Source of the DNA: a virus
Lineage: Duplodnaviria > Caudoviricetes
DNA length: 64,000 bases
Strand: one strand, 5' to 3'
IMG/VR virus record: IMGVR_UViG_3300025601_000007
The notes beneath the pieces were generated by a model. That model saw nothing but the letters and a program-made list of their open reading frames with translations, was not told the DNA's origin and made no database searches. This document shows, piece after piece, positions 55,379 through 64,000 of the stretch. Numbering within the stretch: position 1 is the stretch's first letter; each line of letters opens with the position of its first letter. A program made the translations under genes and the position numbers.

Positions 55379-56434
55379 ATGAGTGAGAAAATAGAAATTG
55401 GCAAAAGAAAAGACAACCCTGTCAAGACCGATGATACATTTGAAAATCTCTCTGAAAGAAATGTTGACCCAGGAGAGGTTAGAGCTATAATTCAAGCTTT
55501 AAAAGACCAAGGAACAGAAGACAAAGACATTCCTACTTTGTTAACCAAAATGGGAATCCCTAAAGACCAAGCTGAAAAGTATCTAATGATTTCAAAAGCG
55601 GAGTCAGCAGATAAGAAACAAGAGGAAGAGGCGGAAAAAGCACAGGTCGCAACTAGAAACAACATTCGAGCAGAAGACGTTGGGGATTTCTTCCAGGCAC
55701 CAACCGAAGAAATTGACCTCCCGTCTCGTGGATACTTTTACAAAGGAGGAAAATCTACCGTCACAATAAAGCATCTTACAGCAACAGAAGATGACATCCT
55801 TTATGATATAGGTTTGATTCGAGCTAACGAACAATTAGATGCGCTCCTCGATGCATCTGTCATAGATAAAGACATCAGACCAATAGACATGCTAACGGGC
55901 GACCGCAATTATGTTTTGATTCAACTTAGAAGAACTGGACTTGGCGACGATTATGAGCCAGGCCCAAGAGCATGTGGCAGCTGCGGCAAGGCACATGCTC
56001 CAATAGTGGATTTATCAAAGTTAAAAGCAAACGAAGTAAAACATAAGCCAGATGATATGGGAGAGTTTTCACTTCAAATGAAGCAACTTAAAGTCCCAAT
56101 CAAGTTTAGACTGTTGACAGGAGCAGATGAATCCATAATCAACAAGTATGCACAGCAGGATTTTAAAAAAGGTAGATTTAAGATTTCAAAATCACTTACC
56201 CACAAATATCTTCTTCACATCATGGAAGTAAATGGGAAGCGCGACAAGGTGTATATCAAAAGCTATGTGGAGGCTATGCCAATGCAAGACTCTAAGTATT
56301 TCCGAGATGAACTCAAGAAAATTGAGCCAGGACTAAATATGGATTATGATTTCGAATGCCCAAGTTGTGGAACAGTAGAAACCAAGCCAATCCCAATTAC
56401 TCTTAAACTATTTTATCCAGACGCAGAATTCTAA
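55379..56434 (+). CDS. baseplate hub assembly protein (gp26-like), copy 1
   Basis: IDLPSRG.FY, LTATEDDIL, GDRNYVLIQLRRTGLG, C..C, FRLLTG.DE, FECPSCG, LFYP. Confidence 0.8.
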   Translation: MSEKIEIGKRKDNPVKTDDTFENLSERNVDPGEVRAIIQALKDQGTEDKDIPTLLTKMGIPKDQAEKYLMISKAESADKKQEEEAEKAQVATRNNIRAEDVGDFFQAPTEEIDLPSRGYFYKGGKSTVTIKHLTATEDDILYDIGLIRANEQLDALLDASVIDKDIRPIDMLTGDRNYVLIQLRRTGLGDDYEPGPRACGSCGKAHAPIVDLSKLKANEVKHKPDDMGEFSLQMKQLKVPIKFRLLTGADESIINKYAQQDFKKGRFKISKSLTHKYLLHIMEVNGKRDKVYIKSYVEAMPMQDSKYFRDELKKIEPGLNMDYDFECPSCGTVETKPIPITLKLFYPDAEF

Positions 56435-56436
56435 CG

Positions 56437-57324
56437 ATGGAAAATTATCGACCATACTCTATGGTGAATGTTCCATCGCAAGGATTATATTACCCAGAAA
56501 ATAAATCATTCTTTTACGTCAGATACCTTTCGTATGAAGAAGAGTACATTCTTACAGACCAAACCATCATGGAAAATGGAGATGGTCTTAGAAAAGTTCT
56601 TGAAGCGGTAATAATAGATGATTTTGATATAAACAAACTTGTCCCTGGAGATGTGCAAGCCATTTCTATGTTTTTAAGGTCCACAGCTTTTGGAGATAAG
56701 CTTGACCTTAATATTCGTTGCCCTAAATGTAAAAAAGAACAAGAGGCAAATGCTTACATCTCTCAATTTAAAATGAAAGAGGTTGAGCAATTTCCAGATA
56801 AAGGTCAGATTTTCAATTTAGAGCTCCCCGTTTCTAAAAAGAATGTAAAGCTTCGAGTTCCAACATACGTCGAAGAGGTAGAGGCTGAGCGCGAAGGAAA
56901 AATAGGGTTTACTAATAAGCTCGGACGAATTATAGTGGAGATTGGAGGCCTCAAAGACCCTCGTGAAATAAAAGGAGTGGTTCCCAACATGCCTATAAAG
57001 GATTCTAGGTTTCTAAAAGACTTTTTAGAGAAAAACACACCAGGCGTAAAAACAGAAGTGGACCATGAGTGTGAAAGTTGTCATCACGAGTTTAAACAAA
57101 AATTTTCTACAGACCATAATTTCCTTAAATTACCAAACAGTTATCGTCAAGGAATGATGGAGCAAATATTCAATATTTCCTACCATTCCCAGGGCGGGGT
57201 TTCTTGGTCAGAGGCAGTAAAAATGCCGACAGTTGAGCGTATGTGGCTGATGAATAGATTGAAAAAGGCAATTGATGACAGAAATTCACAAGAAAGAAAG
57301 GCTGCAAGCAAAAGCAATCGCTAG
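56437..57324 (+). CDS. baseplate hub assembly protein (gp26-like), copy 2 with C-terminal extension
   Basis: VNVPSQG.YY, GDVQAISMFLRSTAFG, CPKC, LPVSKK, CESC; tail QIFNISYH..SWSEAVKMP..ERMW. Confidence 0.75.
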   Translation: MENYRPYSMVNVPSQGLYYPENKSFFYVRYLSYEEEYILTDQTIMENGDGLRKVLEAVIIDDFDINKLVPGDVQAISMFLRSTAFGDKLDLNIRCPKCKKEQEANAYISQFKMKEVEQFPDKGQIFNLELPVSKKNVKLRVPTYVEEVEAEREGKIGFTNKLGRIIVEIGGLKDPREIKGVVPNMPIKDSRFLKDFLEKNTPGVKTEVDHECESCHHEFKQKFSTDHNFLKLPNSYRQGMMEQIFNISYHSQGGVSWSEAVKMPTVERMWLMNRLKKAIDDRNSQERKAASKSNR

Positions 57325-57449
57325 AGCTAGTTTTATTCGTACAATTCGTTGGTTTCAATTCAAAACTATTTATGATAAACTTATAAAATCTTTGTATTGT
57401 AACAAAATACAGATTCTGCCGTATATTGTTAATAAGACAAACATAAATT

Positions 57450-58442
57450 ATGGGATTCATTCAACGTATATTAGAGAAGGTTTTAAGCGATACAGAAGCT
57501 CCAGTAGTTGAACCAATCAATACCAATGCGGTTGTTCAAGGAGACTCTATAACAATAGGTGATAATCAAACTAAAACTGTTCGTTTTGTAAATGGGGCGG
57601 ACTTAAAAGGTTTTGTAGCGCATGACTTTGATAACGGTTCATTAGCTTTTCTAAAGAACGGAAAATACTCCGCACATAGAATGACTATTGCGCCTATTGA
57701 GCATGGTTCTTCCGAATATAAAGTTAAAATGTTTAATGGTGTGTGGGAGCAAGGAAATCTTGTTTGTGATAATTTTGTCGACACAATCAAAGGAGGAACT
57801 GTTGAGGGAGTGATTAATAATTCTTCTATATTTGACAAAATCAGTCCTGGAGCATCTGTTTCAGGGACTCTAGGAACTCCTAGCATGTTTTCATTGAAAG
57901 ATGAAATAGCATTCACTGAAGGGACATATGAGGCCAAGAACATAAAGTCATTCCCTGCGTCAAGAGTTGCTCAAATGCTCAATCGTCAAATGAATCTCTC
58001 TACATTTGGGATTCCAGTATCTGGAGTTAAGAAAGTAGACAATAGGTCTTCTAACTTAATAGTGTCAATGTTTAGCTTGAATTCAGGGCAGTATGTAACA
58101 TTTAAAGACACCGAAGAAAGAGTGTTTTCTTTTCGAGTTCTACAGTCTTATAAAAGCTCTGGGAAATCAATTGCTCTAAAAGAATTAACGCACGATGGGA
58201 ATGAGGTTAAGTTGACTTGGAATCATTTTAGAGTAAGCACGATTTCAGATTATAACCCCATAGACTTCGAAGCTCGCTCTAGCATCCGAATAGGAGCGGA
58301 GATGAGAATCCCAAAACTGTTTCAGGATAACATTATGAATGATATCCAAGAGATTGTTATATCAAACGATAAGCCTGAGTTGCCAACTTTAAAAGCTGTA
58401 GACAAAGAGTCAGGATTTGTTCCACAAAAAATCAAATTTTAA
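57450..58442 (+). CDS. hypothetical protein, 330 aa
   Basis: Long ATG ORF; no motif recognised. Confidence 0.75.
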   Translation: MGFIQRILEKVLSDTEAPVVEPINTNAVVQGDSITIGDNQTKTVRFVNGADLKGFVAHDFDNGSLAFLKNGKYSAHRMTIAPIEHGSSEYKVKMFNGVWEQGNLVCDNFVDTIKGGTVEGVINNSSIFDKISPGASVSGTLGTPSMFSLKDEIAFTEGTYEAKNIKSFPASRVAQMLNRQMNLSTFGIPVSGVKKVDNRSSNLIVSMFSLNSGQYVTFKDTEERVFSFRVLQSYKSSGKSIALKELTHDGNEVKLTWNHFRVSTISDYNPIDFEARSSIRIGAEMRIPKLFQDNIMNDIQEIVISNDKPELPTLKAVDKESGFVPQKIKF

Positions 58443-58443
58443 T

Positions 58444-59001
58444 ATGATGCCTTTAAGCTGGAGAATAGAAAAGTTTATTTACGCACTGTGGCATGCCGCC
58501 GTAGTCGGGATTTGGCTGTTTTGGATGGGCCCTGTTGAGCATTACAAACTAGACAAATGGCTCACTGGAACATTCGGGGACTTAGCAGGAGAAATGATTC
58601 GTCATGGCTTAACTCTTTACGTAGTTTGGCAAATTGTAATTTTTTTTCTACATATAAATAACGCTTTGACAGGTAAGTTTCATATTTATTTTAATCAGGG
58701 CTCATTTGGAAACTTTATAAGAAATCAGGCAATGATGTTACAACAAGGCTCAGGTAGAAACTTAGGACCAACTTCTTATTACAACATTAATCGAGTGATT
58801 GCTTTTAGAGAGTCAAAAATGGGTGCGGTGAGTCAAAGTGAGGCTGCGGAAATATTAGTTAAAACATCAATGCTAGATGCTATATCATCTGGAGCTTATC
58901 AAGGGCATAATTCTAAGAGAGCTGCTTCAAATCTAAATTCTAGATTAGGAGCAATGGGGCAGAGCGATGGTTTAAAGTTCTTGATGAATCAAAAAGATTA
59001 A
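58444..59001 (+). CDS. hypothetical membrane protein (2 TM; start ATG 58444)
   Basis: Two hydrophobic helices, then a soluble C-terminus. Confidence 0.7.
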   Translation: MMPLSWRIEKFIYALWHAAVVGIWLFWMGPVEHYKLDKWLTGTFGDLAGEMIRHGLTLYVVWQIVIFFLHINNALTGKFHIYFNQGSFGNFIRNQAMMLQQGSGRNLGPTSYYNINRVIAFRESKMGAVSQSEAAEILVKTSMLDAISSGAYQGHNSKRAASNLNSRLGAMGQSDGLKFLMNQKD

Positions 59002-59003
59002 AC

Positions 59004-59210
59004 ATGAGTCGACTAACGATAGACTGTATTAAAAAAGAATGTGCTGATAATGAGCTAGCTTTTCGCCGTGGTAAATTTAAAAACGGCAACAAATACAGAG
59101 TTAGTATTTTGATGAATACTCAAAAGCTTGTGTGGCCCTGCAGAACACTTAAACAGTGCAAGGAAGCTATTATACAAGCTATGTTTTTAAAAGAAATAGA
59201 ATTCGCTTAG
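59004..59210 (+). CDS. hypothetical protein, 68 aa
   Basis: ATG ORF directly after the previous gene, followed by a terminator. Confidence 0.55.
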   Translation: MSRLTIDCIKKECADNELAFRRGKFKNGNKYRVSILMNTQKLVWPCRTLKQCKEAIIQAMFLKEIEFA

Positions 59211-59231
59211 TGAAAATGTTTACGTGAAAAG

Positions 59232-59263
59232 AAAAAAGGCTACCCTCCAAGGTGGCTTTTTTT
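59232..59263 (+). terminator. intrinsic terminator
   Basis: AAAAAAGGCTACC-ctccaa-GGTGGC-T7. Confidence 0.7.
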
Positions 59264-59296
59264 CTTTATTGGTTATTTATAGCAAAGAGCTACAGA

Positions 59297-62200
59297 ATGG
59301 CCGACAACACGGGAGAAGTATTTAACGAAGATAGTTTCAAAAAGTATGAAGAGTTTCAGCGAAAGCAGAAACAGGACTCTAACGCTTTATTGAATGTATG
59401 GAAGTCGATTACAAGTGAGGTGTTCGGTGTTTCTGGGGCTGCTTTTTTTGGCGAAATAGAGCGCTCTGCTGAAACGATGGAGACACTTGCAAAGGAGTCT
59501 AACAAACTAAAAGGCAACCTAGAAGACGCTAAACTAGCTCTAGGCAGGGATATTACGGCTCAATTGCAAGGCAGTCTAAAAGTCATATCTGATAACTCAG
59601 CTAGTCTTTTATATGACGCTGGTGCGCTTGGTGAAAAGTTTGAAGATGTTAACCTAACTAAGCTTCAGGATGAGATTGACAAAATATCTAGAAGCGGAGG
59701 CTCATTAGCGGAAACTCTTGAAGGATTTAACACCCTAGAGGAGCAGTTTAGAGTGCTTGAAGACCTTGCTAGCTCAAATGGAGAAGCTATTGCAGGTTAT
59801 TCTGAAGAGACAAGAGAGTCCATACTTTTAAACACGGGCCTACTAAGTTCTTTGAGTAATGGGCACGAAAACTTAATCAACGTTCAACTTGAGTACAATG
59901 AAGCACTTTTAGAGGCAAACAAGACCAGCGAGAAAGGGCTAGACATAATGGGTGGACTCAATGAGATGTCTGAGAATTTCAGAAACTCAATGATTAAAGG
60001 GTTGTTTGAGTGGGACAAAGTCTCAAATGGCATCCAGAGAGATTCTGGTATACTGCTTTCTGAAATGGATTCAGTAGCCAATGCTGATTTCACATCAGGT
60101 ATGGCTGAGTTTGGAATGTCTTTAGCAGATGCAGGCCAAATGGTTGGAGAAATCGGGGAGGAGCTTCAAACCACTAGCATGGCCACTAAGGACATGGCGC
60201 TTTCTTGGGGAGCAATCTCTATGGCTACAGGAGTAGCTACAAAGGAAGTAGCCGAGCTGGGAGCTAACCTAATCAAAATGGGTTATAGCACAGAAGGGGT
60301 AAAAGAATATTTTGAAGAAGCAAACAGCGAAGCTAGGATGCTTGGGGTTAATTCAAAAAACGTGCTTCAGTCTATTAATAAGAATCTCACAAAAATGAAG
60401 TCTTTTGGCTTTACTGACGGAGAAGAGTCTCTTGCAAAAATGGCTGCAAGAGCTGAACAATTAAGAATTAGTGTTGATAGCATTTTTAATGTTGCAGAAA
60501 AAGCAAGAACAATAGAGGGAGCGATGCAAATGGCGGCTGACTTACAACTTGCTGCTGGCTCATTTTCAAATTTAAACCCGATGGACTTGTTGGCTGCGTC
60601 GCGTAAAGGGCCAAAAGAGTTGCAAAAAATTATTGCAACAATGGGCGCGGACATTGGAAGAGTGAATAACGATGGTAAATTCAGTCTTGACCCAATTGAT
60701 GGAGACAGGCTAAGGATAGCAGCTCAGGCTGTTGGTTTAGAATATGAAGAAATGTTTTCTATAATCGAAAGAAACGCTCTTGATATGGAGAAGCTTAAAA
60801 TGTTTAACGGTGGATTAGACTTTACTGAAATGGCTAAAGGCTTAGATATGGACCCAGAAGCGTTAAGAAGCTCTTTTGCCGACATGATGGAATCAGACGG
60901 TAAAGGAGGGTTTAAATTAACAACTGATGGTCAAGCATTTTTGGATAAGAACGATATCAATAGCTTAGCTAATGTAAACTCTACAAATTTAGCAGCGGCT
61001 TTCCAGCAAAAGAAAGAAGACCAAAAAAACATTGACGCCCAAGCAGCTTCTAATATGTCTTTCAGACAGTCAATGGACGCTTTTATTGCAAGCCTGACAA
61101 ACACTATAACCGTGTTTCAACCAATGCTGGAATGGATGACTCAAGCTATTAGCTGGTTTAGCTCTTTAGGTGGCACTTTTACAAAGTCAATTACAGCAGC
61201 TCTTGTGGTAGCAGTGCCGTTGATTGGCTTAATCATAGGAAGAGGTATAAGTATTGCGTTTGCTGGCAAGATGTCAAAAAGCGCTGGCTCAGGTATAACA
61301 GCGCTAGCTAAAAGTCTTGGCGCACTTTCAAAAGTTAAAATTAGTATACCAGGCGTAGCGAGGTTTGCTCTTGCTGTAGTCTTAATTGGCGGCGCTGTTG
61401 TTGGTTTTTCAGCAGCAATGGCTCAATGGGGCGGGGAGGCATCTGCAGACCAAATGGCTACATCTGCTGTATCTCTTTTGATACTGGCGGGAGGTGTAGC
61501 TGCGATGGCTGCAATTGGTGCAAAGACTGACATGAAAGGAGTTGTTAGAGGTTCTTTGGCGATGTTTATAATCGGCGCAGCTATGGTACCGTTTGCATTT
61601 GCTCTACAAATGATGAGTGATGTGAAATGGCCCGCTGTGATAGCATCTCTTGTTTTTATGGCTGCATCAATAGGGATGGTATTTGCCATAGGAGCTCTAT
61701 TAGCAGGTCCTCAAGCAATCCTTTTAGCAATAGGGATAGGGGTGATTCTCGCTATTGGCGGAATGATGGTTCTTATGGCTGTGTCTTTAATGATAGCTGC
61801 GGTAGCATTTGAGCGATTAGCAAATGTAAATTGGGATGGCATCTCAGCAATGGGCGGTGCATTATTGAGTGCAGCCCCAGGAATAGCTGCGTTTGGTCTT
61901 GCTTCTTTAGTTTTTGCTAACCCATTAGTGTTATTAGGTATGATGGCAATGGCAGGTAGTATATTAATGATGGGCCATGCGCTGGACCCGTTGGCTACAA
62001 ATCTAGAAAGAGCAGCCGAAGCAATGAGTAAGTTTGCAGATTCTATGAAGGAATTAAAAGCCACTTTGGGCCAAATTGACACAAAGAAGCTTGAGGAAAT
62101 GCAGAAAATAGCAGATGCAATGTCGACATCGTCTAGCGCAAACTCTTTAAACGCTTTAGCTGCAGCACTTAGTAGTGCTGTGTCTGGAGGCTCTGGAGGA

Positions 62201-62305
62201 GCTAGTGGAGATGTTAGAAAAATCGAAATTAAACTCATTGGAGAAAATGGTAGAGAAATTAAACACAAAATCCTTAAAGACACTGCTACTCAAAGTGGTC
62301 GATGA
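59297..62305 (+). CDS. tape-measure-like protein (start ATG 59297)
   Basis: About 1000 aa, helical and A/G/M-rich with many hydrophobic helices in the C-half. Follows the baseplate hub genes and a TATTTAT motif. Confidence 0.75.
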   Translation: MADNTGEVFNEDSFKKYEEFQRKQKQDSNALLNVWKSITSEVFGVSGAAFFGEIERSAETMETLAKESNKLKGNLEDAKLALGRDITAQLQGSLKVISDNSASLLYDAGALGEKFEDVNLTKLQDEIDKISRSGGSLAETLEGFNTLEEQFRVLEDLASSNGEAIAGYSEETRESILLNTGLLSSLSNGHENLINVQLEYNEALLEANKTSEKGLDIMGGLNEMSENFRNSMIKGLFEWDKVSNGIQRDSGILLSEMDSVANADFTSGMAEFGMSLADAGQMVGEIGEELQTTSMATKDMALSWGAISMATGVATKEVAELGANLIKMGYSTEGVKEYFEEANSEARMLGVNSKNVLQSINKNLTKMKSFGFTDGEESLAKMAARAEQLRISVDSIFNVAEKARTIEGAMQMAADLQLAAGSFSNLNPMDLLAASRKGPKELQKIIATMGADIGRVNNDGKFSLDPIDGDRLRIAAQAVGLEYEEMFSIIERNALDMEKLKMFNGGLDFTEMAKGLDMDPEALRSSFADMMESDGKGGFKLTTDGQAFLDKNDINSLANVNSTNLAAAFQQKKEDQKNIDAQAASNMSFRQSMDAFIASLTNTITVFQPMLEWMTQAISWFSSLGGTFTKSITAALVVAVPLIGLIIGRGISIAFAGKMSKSAGSGITALAKSLGALSKVKISIPGVARFALAVVLIGGAVVGFSAAMAQWGGEASADQMATSAVSLLILAGGVAAMAAIGAKTDMKGVVRGSLAMFIIGAAMVPFAFALQMMSDVKWPAVIASLVFMAASIGMVFAIGALLAGPQAILLAIGIGVILAIGGMMVLMAVSLMIAAVAFERLANVNWDGISAMGGALLSAAPGIAAFGLASLVFANPLVLLGMMAMAGSILMMGHALDPLATNLERAAEAMSKFADSMKELKATLGQIDTKKLEEMQKIADAMSTSSSANSLNALAAALSSAVSGGSGGASGDVRKIEIKLIGENGREIKHKILKDTATQSGR

Positions 62306-62346
62306 TTTTTTCTCCCAGTTATTTATGGGAAAGATATTAGCAAGGC

Positions 62347-64000
62347 ATGTACAACACACTTTGGGACCCAAACGACGATAAGGAAAGATTATTCGAGAAA
62401 TTCACTAAGTACTATGGTGAGTTTTCAGACGATGTTCGCGAGGATATGCAGTCAAGAAATGTGCAGATACCAACGTCTGTATATGACGTTTTGTATCCAG
62501 AGGCGAGAGAAAATCTTCTTTCTAAAAACGTACCAAAAAACACAGATATCATTGAAGATACTGAGGTTTATCGTCAAGCAGCTTTAGCTAAAATTGTTCC
62601 AGCTATCTCCGATATTAAAGAGTTGTCTGAAACATATCGAGCAGCTCAGCTTACAAGGAACATTATTAGCGAGACCTCTGTTTTAGAGATATCTAAAAAA
62701 TATCGACTTGAACAACTCGCTAAAAATGAAACAATTAGCACAGAACCTCATTTAAAAAAATCAAAAGACTTTAGAGAGCAAATGCTGTCTAAAAATGTTC
62801 CGTTGGAATCAGACTTAGAAGCAGACACAGCATCGCTTCGAGATGACCAACTTGCTAAGAATGTGTCGAACACATCAGATGTAATCGAGGATACTCAAGA
62901 CTTTAGAGATGGACAGCTATCAAAAAATGTTTCGTCAGAATCAGACCTAGAAACGGACTCAGTTCCCTTCCGAGAAGACGGCTTATCGAACAATGTTCCG
63001 TCAGAATCAGACCTTGAAGCAGACACAGCATCGCTTCGAGATGACCAACTCGCTAAGAATGTTCCGTCAGAATCAGACCTTGAAGCAGACACAGCATCGC
63101 TTCGAGATGACCAACTCGCTAAGAATGTTCCGTCAGAATCAGACTTGGAAACGGACTCAGTTCCCTTCCGAGAAGACGGCTTATCAAACAATGTTCCGTC
63201 AGAATCAGACTTGGAAACGGACTCAGCTCCCTTCCGAGAAGACGGCTTATCAAACAATGTTCCGTCAGAATCAGACCTTGAAGCAGACACAGCATCACTT
63301 CGAGATGACCAACTCGCTAAGAATGTTCCGTCAGAATCAGACTTGGAAATGGACTCAATTCCCTTCCGACAAGACGGCTTATCGAACAATGTTCCGTCAG
63401 AATCAGACTTGGAAACGGACTCAATTCCTTTCCGACAAGACGGCTTATCGAACAATGTTCCATCAGAATCAGACCTGGAAACGGACTCAATTCCCTTCCG
63501 AGAAGATGATTTATCGAACAATGTTCCGTCGGAATCAGACTTGGAAACGGACTCAATTCCCTTCCGACAAGACGGCTTATCGAACAATGTTCCATCAGAA
63601 TCAGACCTGGAAACGGACTCAATTCCCTTCCGAGAAGATGATTTATCGAACAATGTTCCGTCGGAATCAGACCTGGAAACGGACTCAGTTCCTTTCCGAG
63701 AAGATGATTTATCGAACAATGTTCCGTCGGAATCAGACCTGGAAACGGACTCAGTTCCTTTCCGAGAAGATGACTTATCGAACAATGTTCCGTCGGAATC
63801 AGACTTGGAAACGGACTCAGTTCCTTTCCGAGAAGATGACTTATCGAACAATGTTCCGTCGGAATCAGACCTAGAAACGGACTCAGTTCCTTTCCGAGAA
63901 GATGACTTATCGAACAATGTTCCGTCGGAATCAGACTTGGAAACGGACTCAGTTCCTTTCCGAGAAGATGACTTATCGAACAATGTTCCGTCGGAATCAG
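62347..64000 (+). CDS. large repeat-containing protein, runs off the window end (not in ORF track)
   Basis: ATG 62347 MYNTLWDPNDDKERLF...; the frame stays open to 64000. Confidence 0.85.
   Translation, partial: MYNTLWDPNDDKERLFEKFTKYYGEFSDDVREDMQSRNVQIPTSVYDVLYPEARENLLSKNVPKNTDIIEDTEVYRQAALAKIVPAISDIKELSETYRAAQLTRNIISETSVLEISKKYRLEQLAKNETISTEPHLKKSKDFREQMLSKNVPLESDLEADTASLRDDQLAKNVSNTSDVIEDTQDFRDGQLSKNVSSESDLETDSVPFREDGLSNNVPSESDLEADTASLRDDQLAKNVPSESDLEADTASLRDDQLAKNVPSESDLETDSVPFREDGLSNNVPSESDLETDSAPFREDGLSNNVPSESDLEADTASLRDDQLAKNVPSESDLEMDSIPFRQDGLSNNVPSESDLETDSIPFRQDGLSNNVPSESDLETDSIPFREDDLSNNVPSESDLETDSIPFRQDGLSNNVPSESDLETDSIPFREDDLSNNVPSESDLETDSVPFREDDLSNNVPSESDLETDSVPFREDDLSNNVPSESDLETDSVPFREDDLSNNVPSESDLETDSVPFREDDLSNNVPSESDLETDSVPFREDDLSNNVPSES
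62794..64000 (+). repeat. 66 bp (22 aa) tandem repeat, 18 full copies plus a partial
   Basis: Unit NVPSESDLETDSVPFREDDLSN or NVPSESDLEADTASLRDDQLAK. AAT starts fall at 62794+66k (checked at 63784, 63850, 63916, 63982). Confidence 0.95.

Noticed and set aside
62895-63983. ORF-track proteins 62895-63983 (-), 62993-63874 (+) and 63317-63622 (-)
   Set aside because: Alternative-frame shadows of the 66 bp repeat. The real frame starts at ATG 62347 and is missing from the track only because it has no stop in the window.
1-64000. Stop codon reassignment as seen in some jumbo phages
   Set aside because: Core genes are full length in the standard code, and TAA, TAG and TGA all end genes at expected positions.
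1-64000. tRNA or rRNA genes
   Set aside because: No cloverleaf with a T-loop GTTCRA and acceptor stem was recognised in the intergenic gaps. A tRNAscan-SE run would be needed to be certain.

Overview
64 kb of an AT-rich, T4-like (myovirus) jumbo phage genome. The host is probably Bacteroidota (A-rich leaders without Shine-Dalgarno sites, TAnnTTTG-type promoters, Hc1-like gene); this is an inference. The window holds the virion morphogenesis core: prohead protease, scaffold, major capsid, neck gp13/gp14/gp15-like genes, sheath, tube, terminase, portal, baseplate hub pair and a tape-measure-like gene. It also holds PhoH, a glycosyltransferase, a VWA protein, AsnRS, patatin, a PAS-only protein and DNA polymerase III alpha. 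It is heavily parasitised: four cis inteins (PhoH, protease, two in portal), two split inteins, several free-standing endonucleases (GIY-YIG, HNH, DUF559/Vsr-like) and an IS200/IS605-like miniature element. Three observations stand out. (1) A 3 kb head-to-tail array of 11 translationally coupled ~85 aa paralogs has a conserved scaffold and three hypervariable segments that are shuffled between copies; its function is unknown. (2) DnaE is encoded as three separate genes joined by two split inteins of opposite charge polarity. (3) An Asn-rich leader peptide with a terminator/antiterminator pair lies upstream of the phage asnS. All product calls come from motif recognition by eye; no database searches were run.
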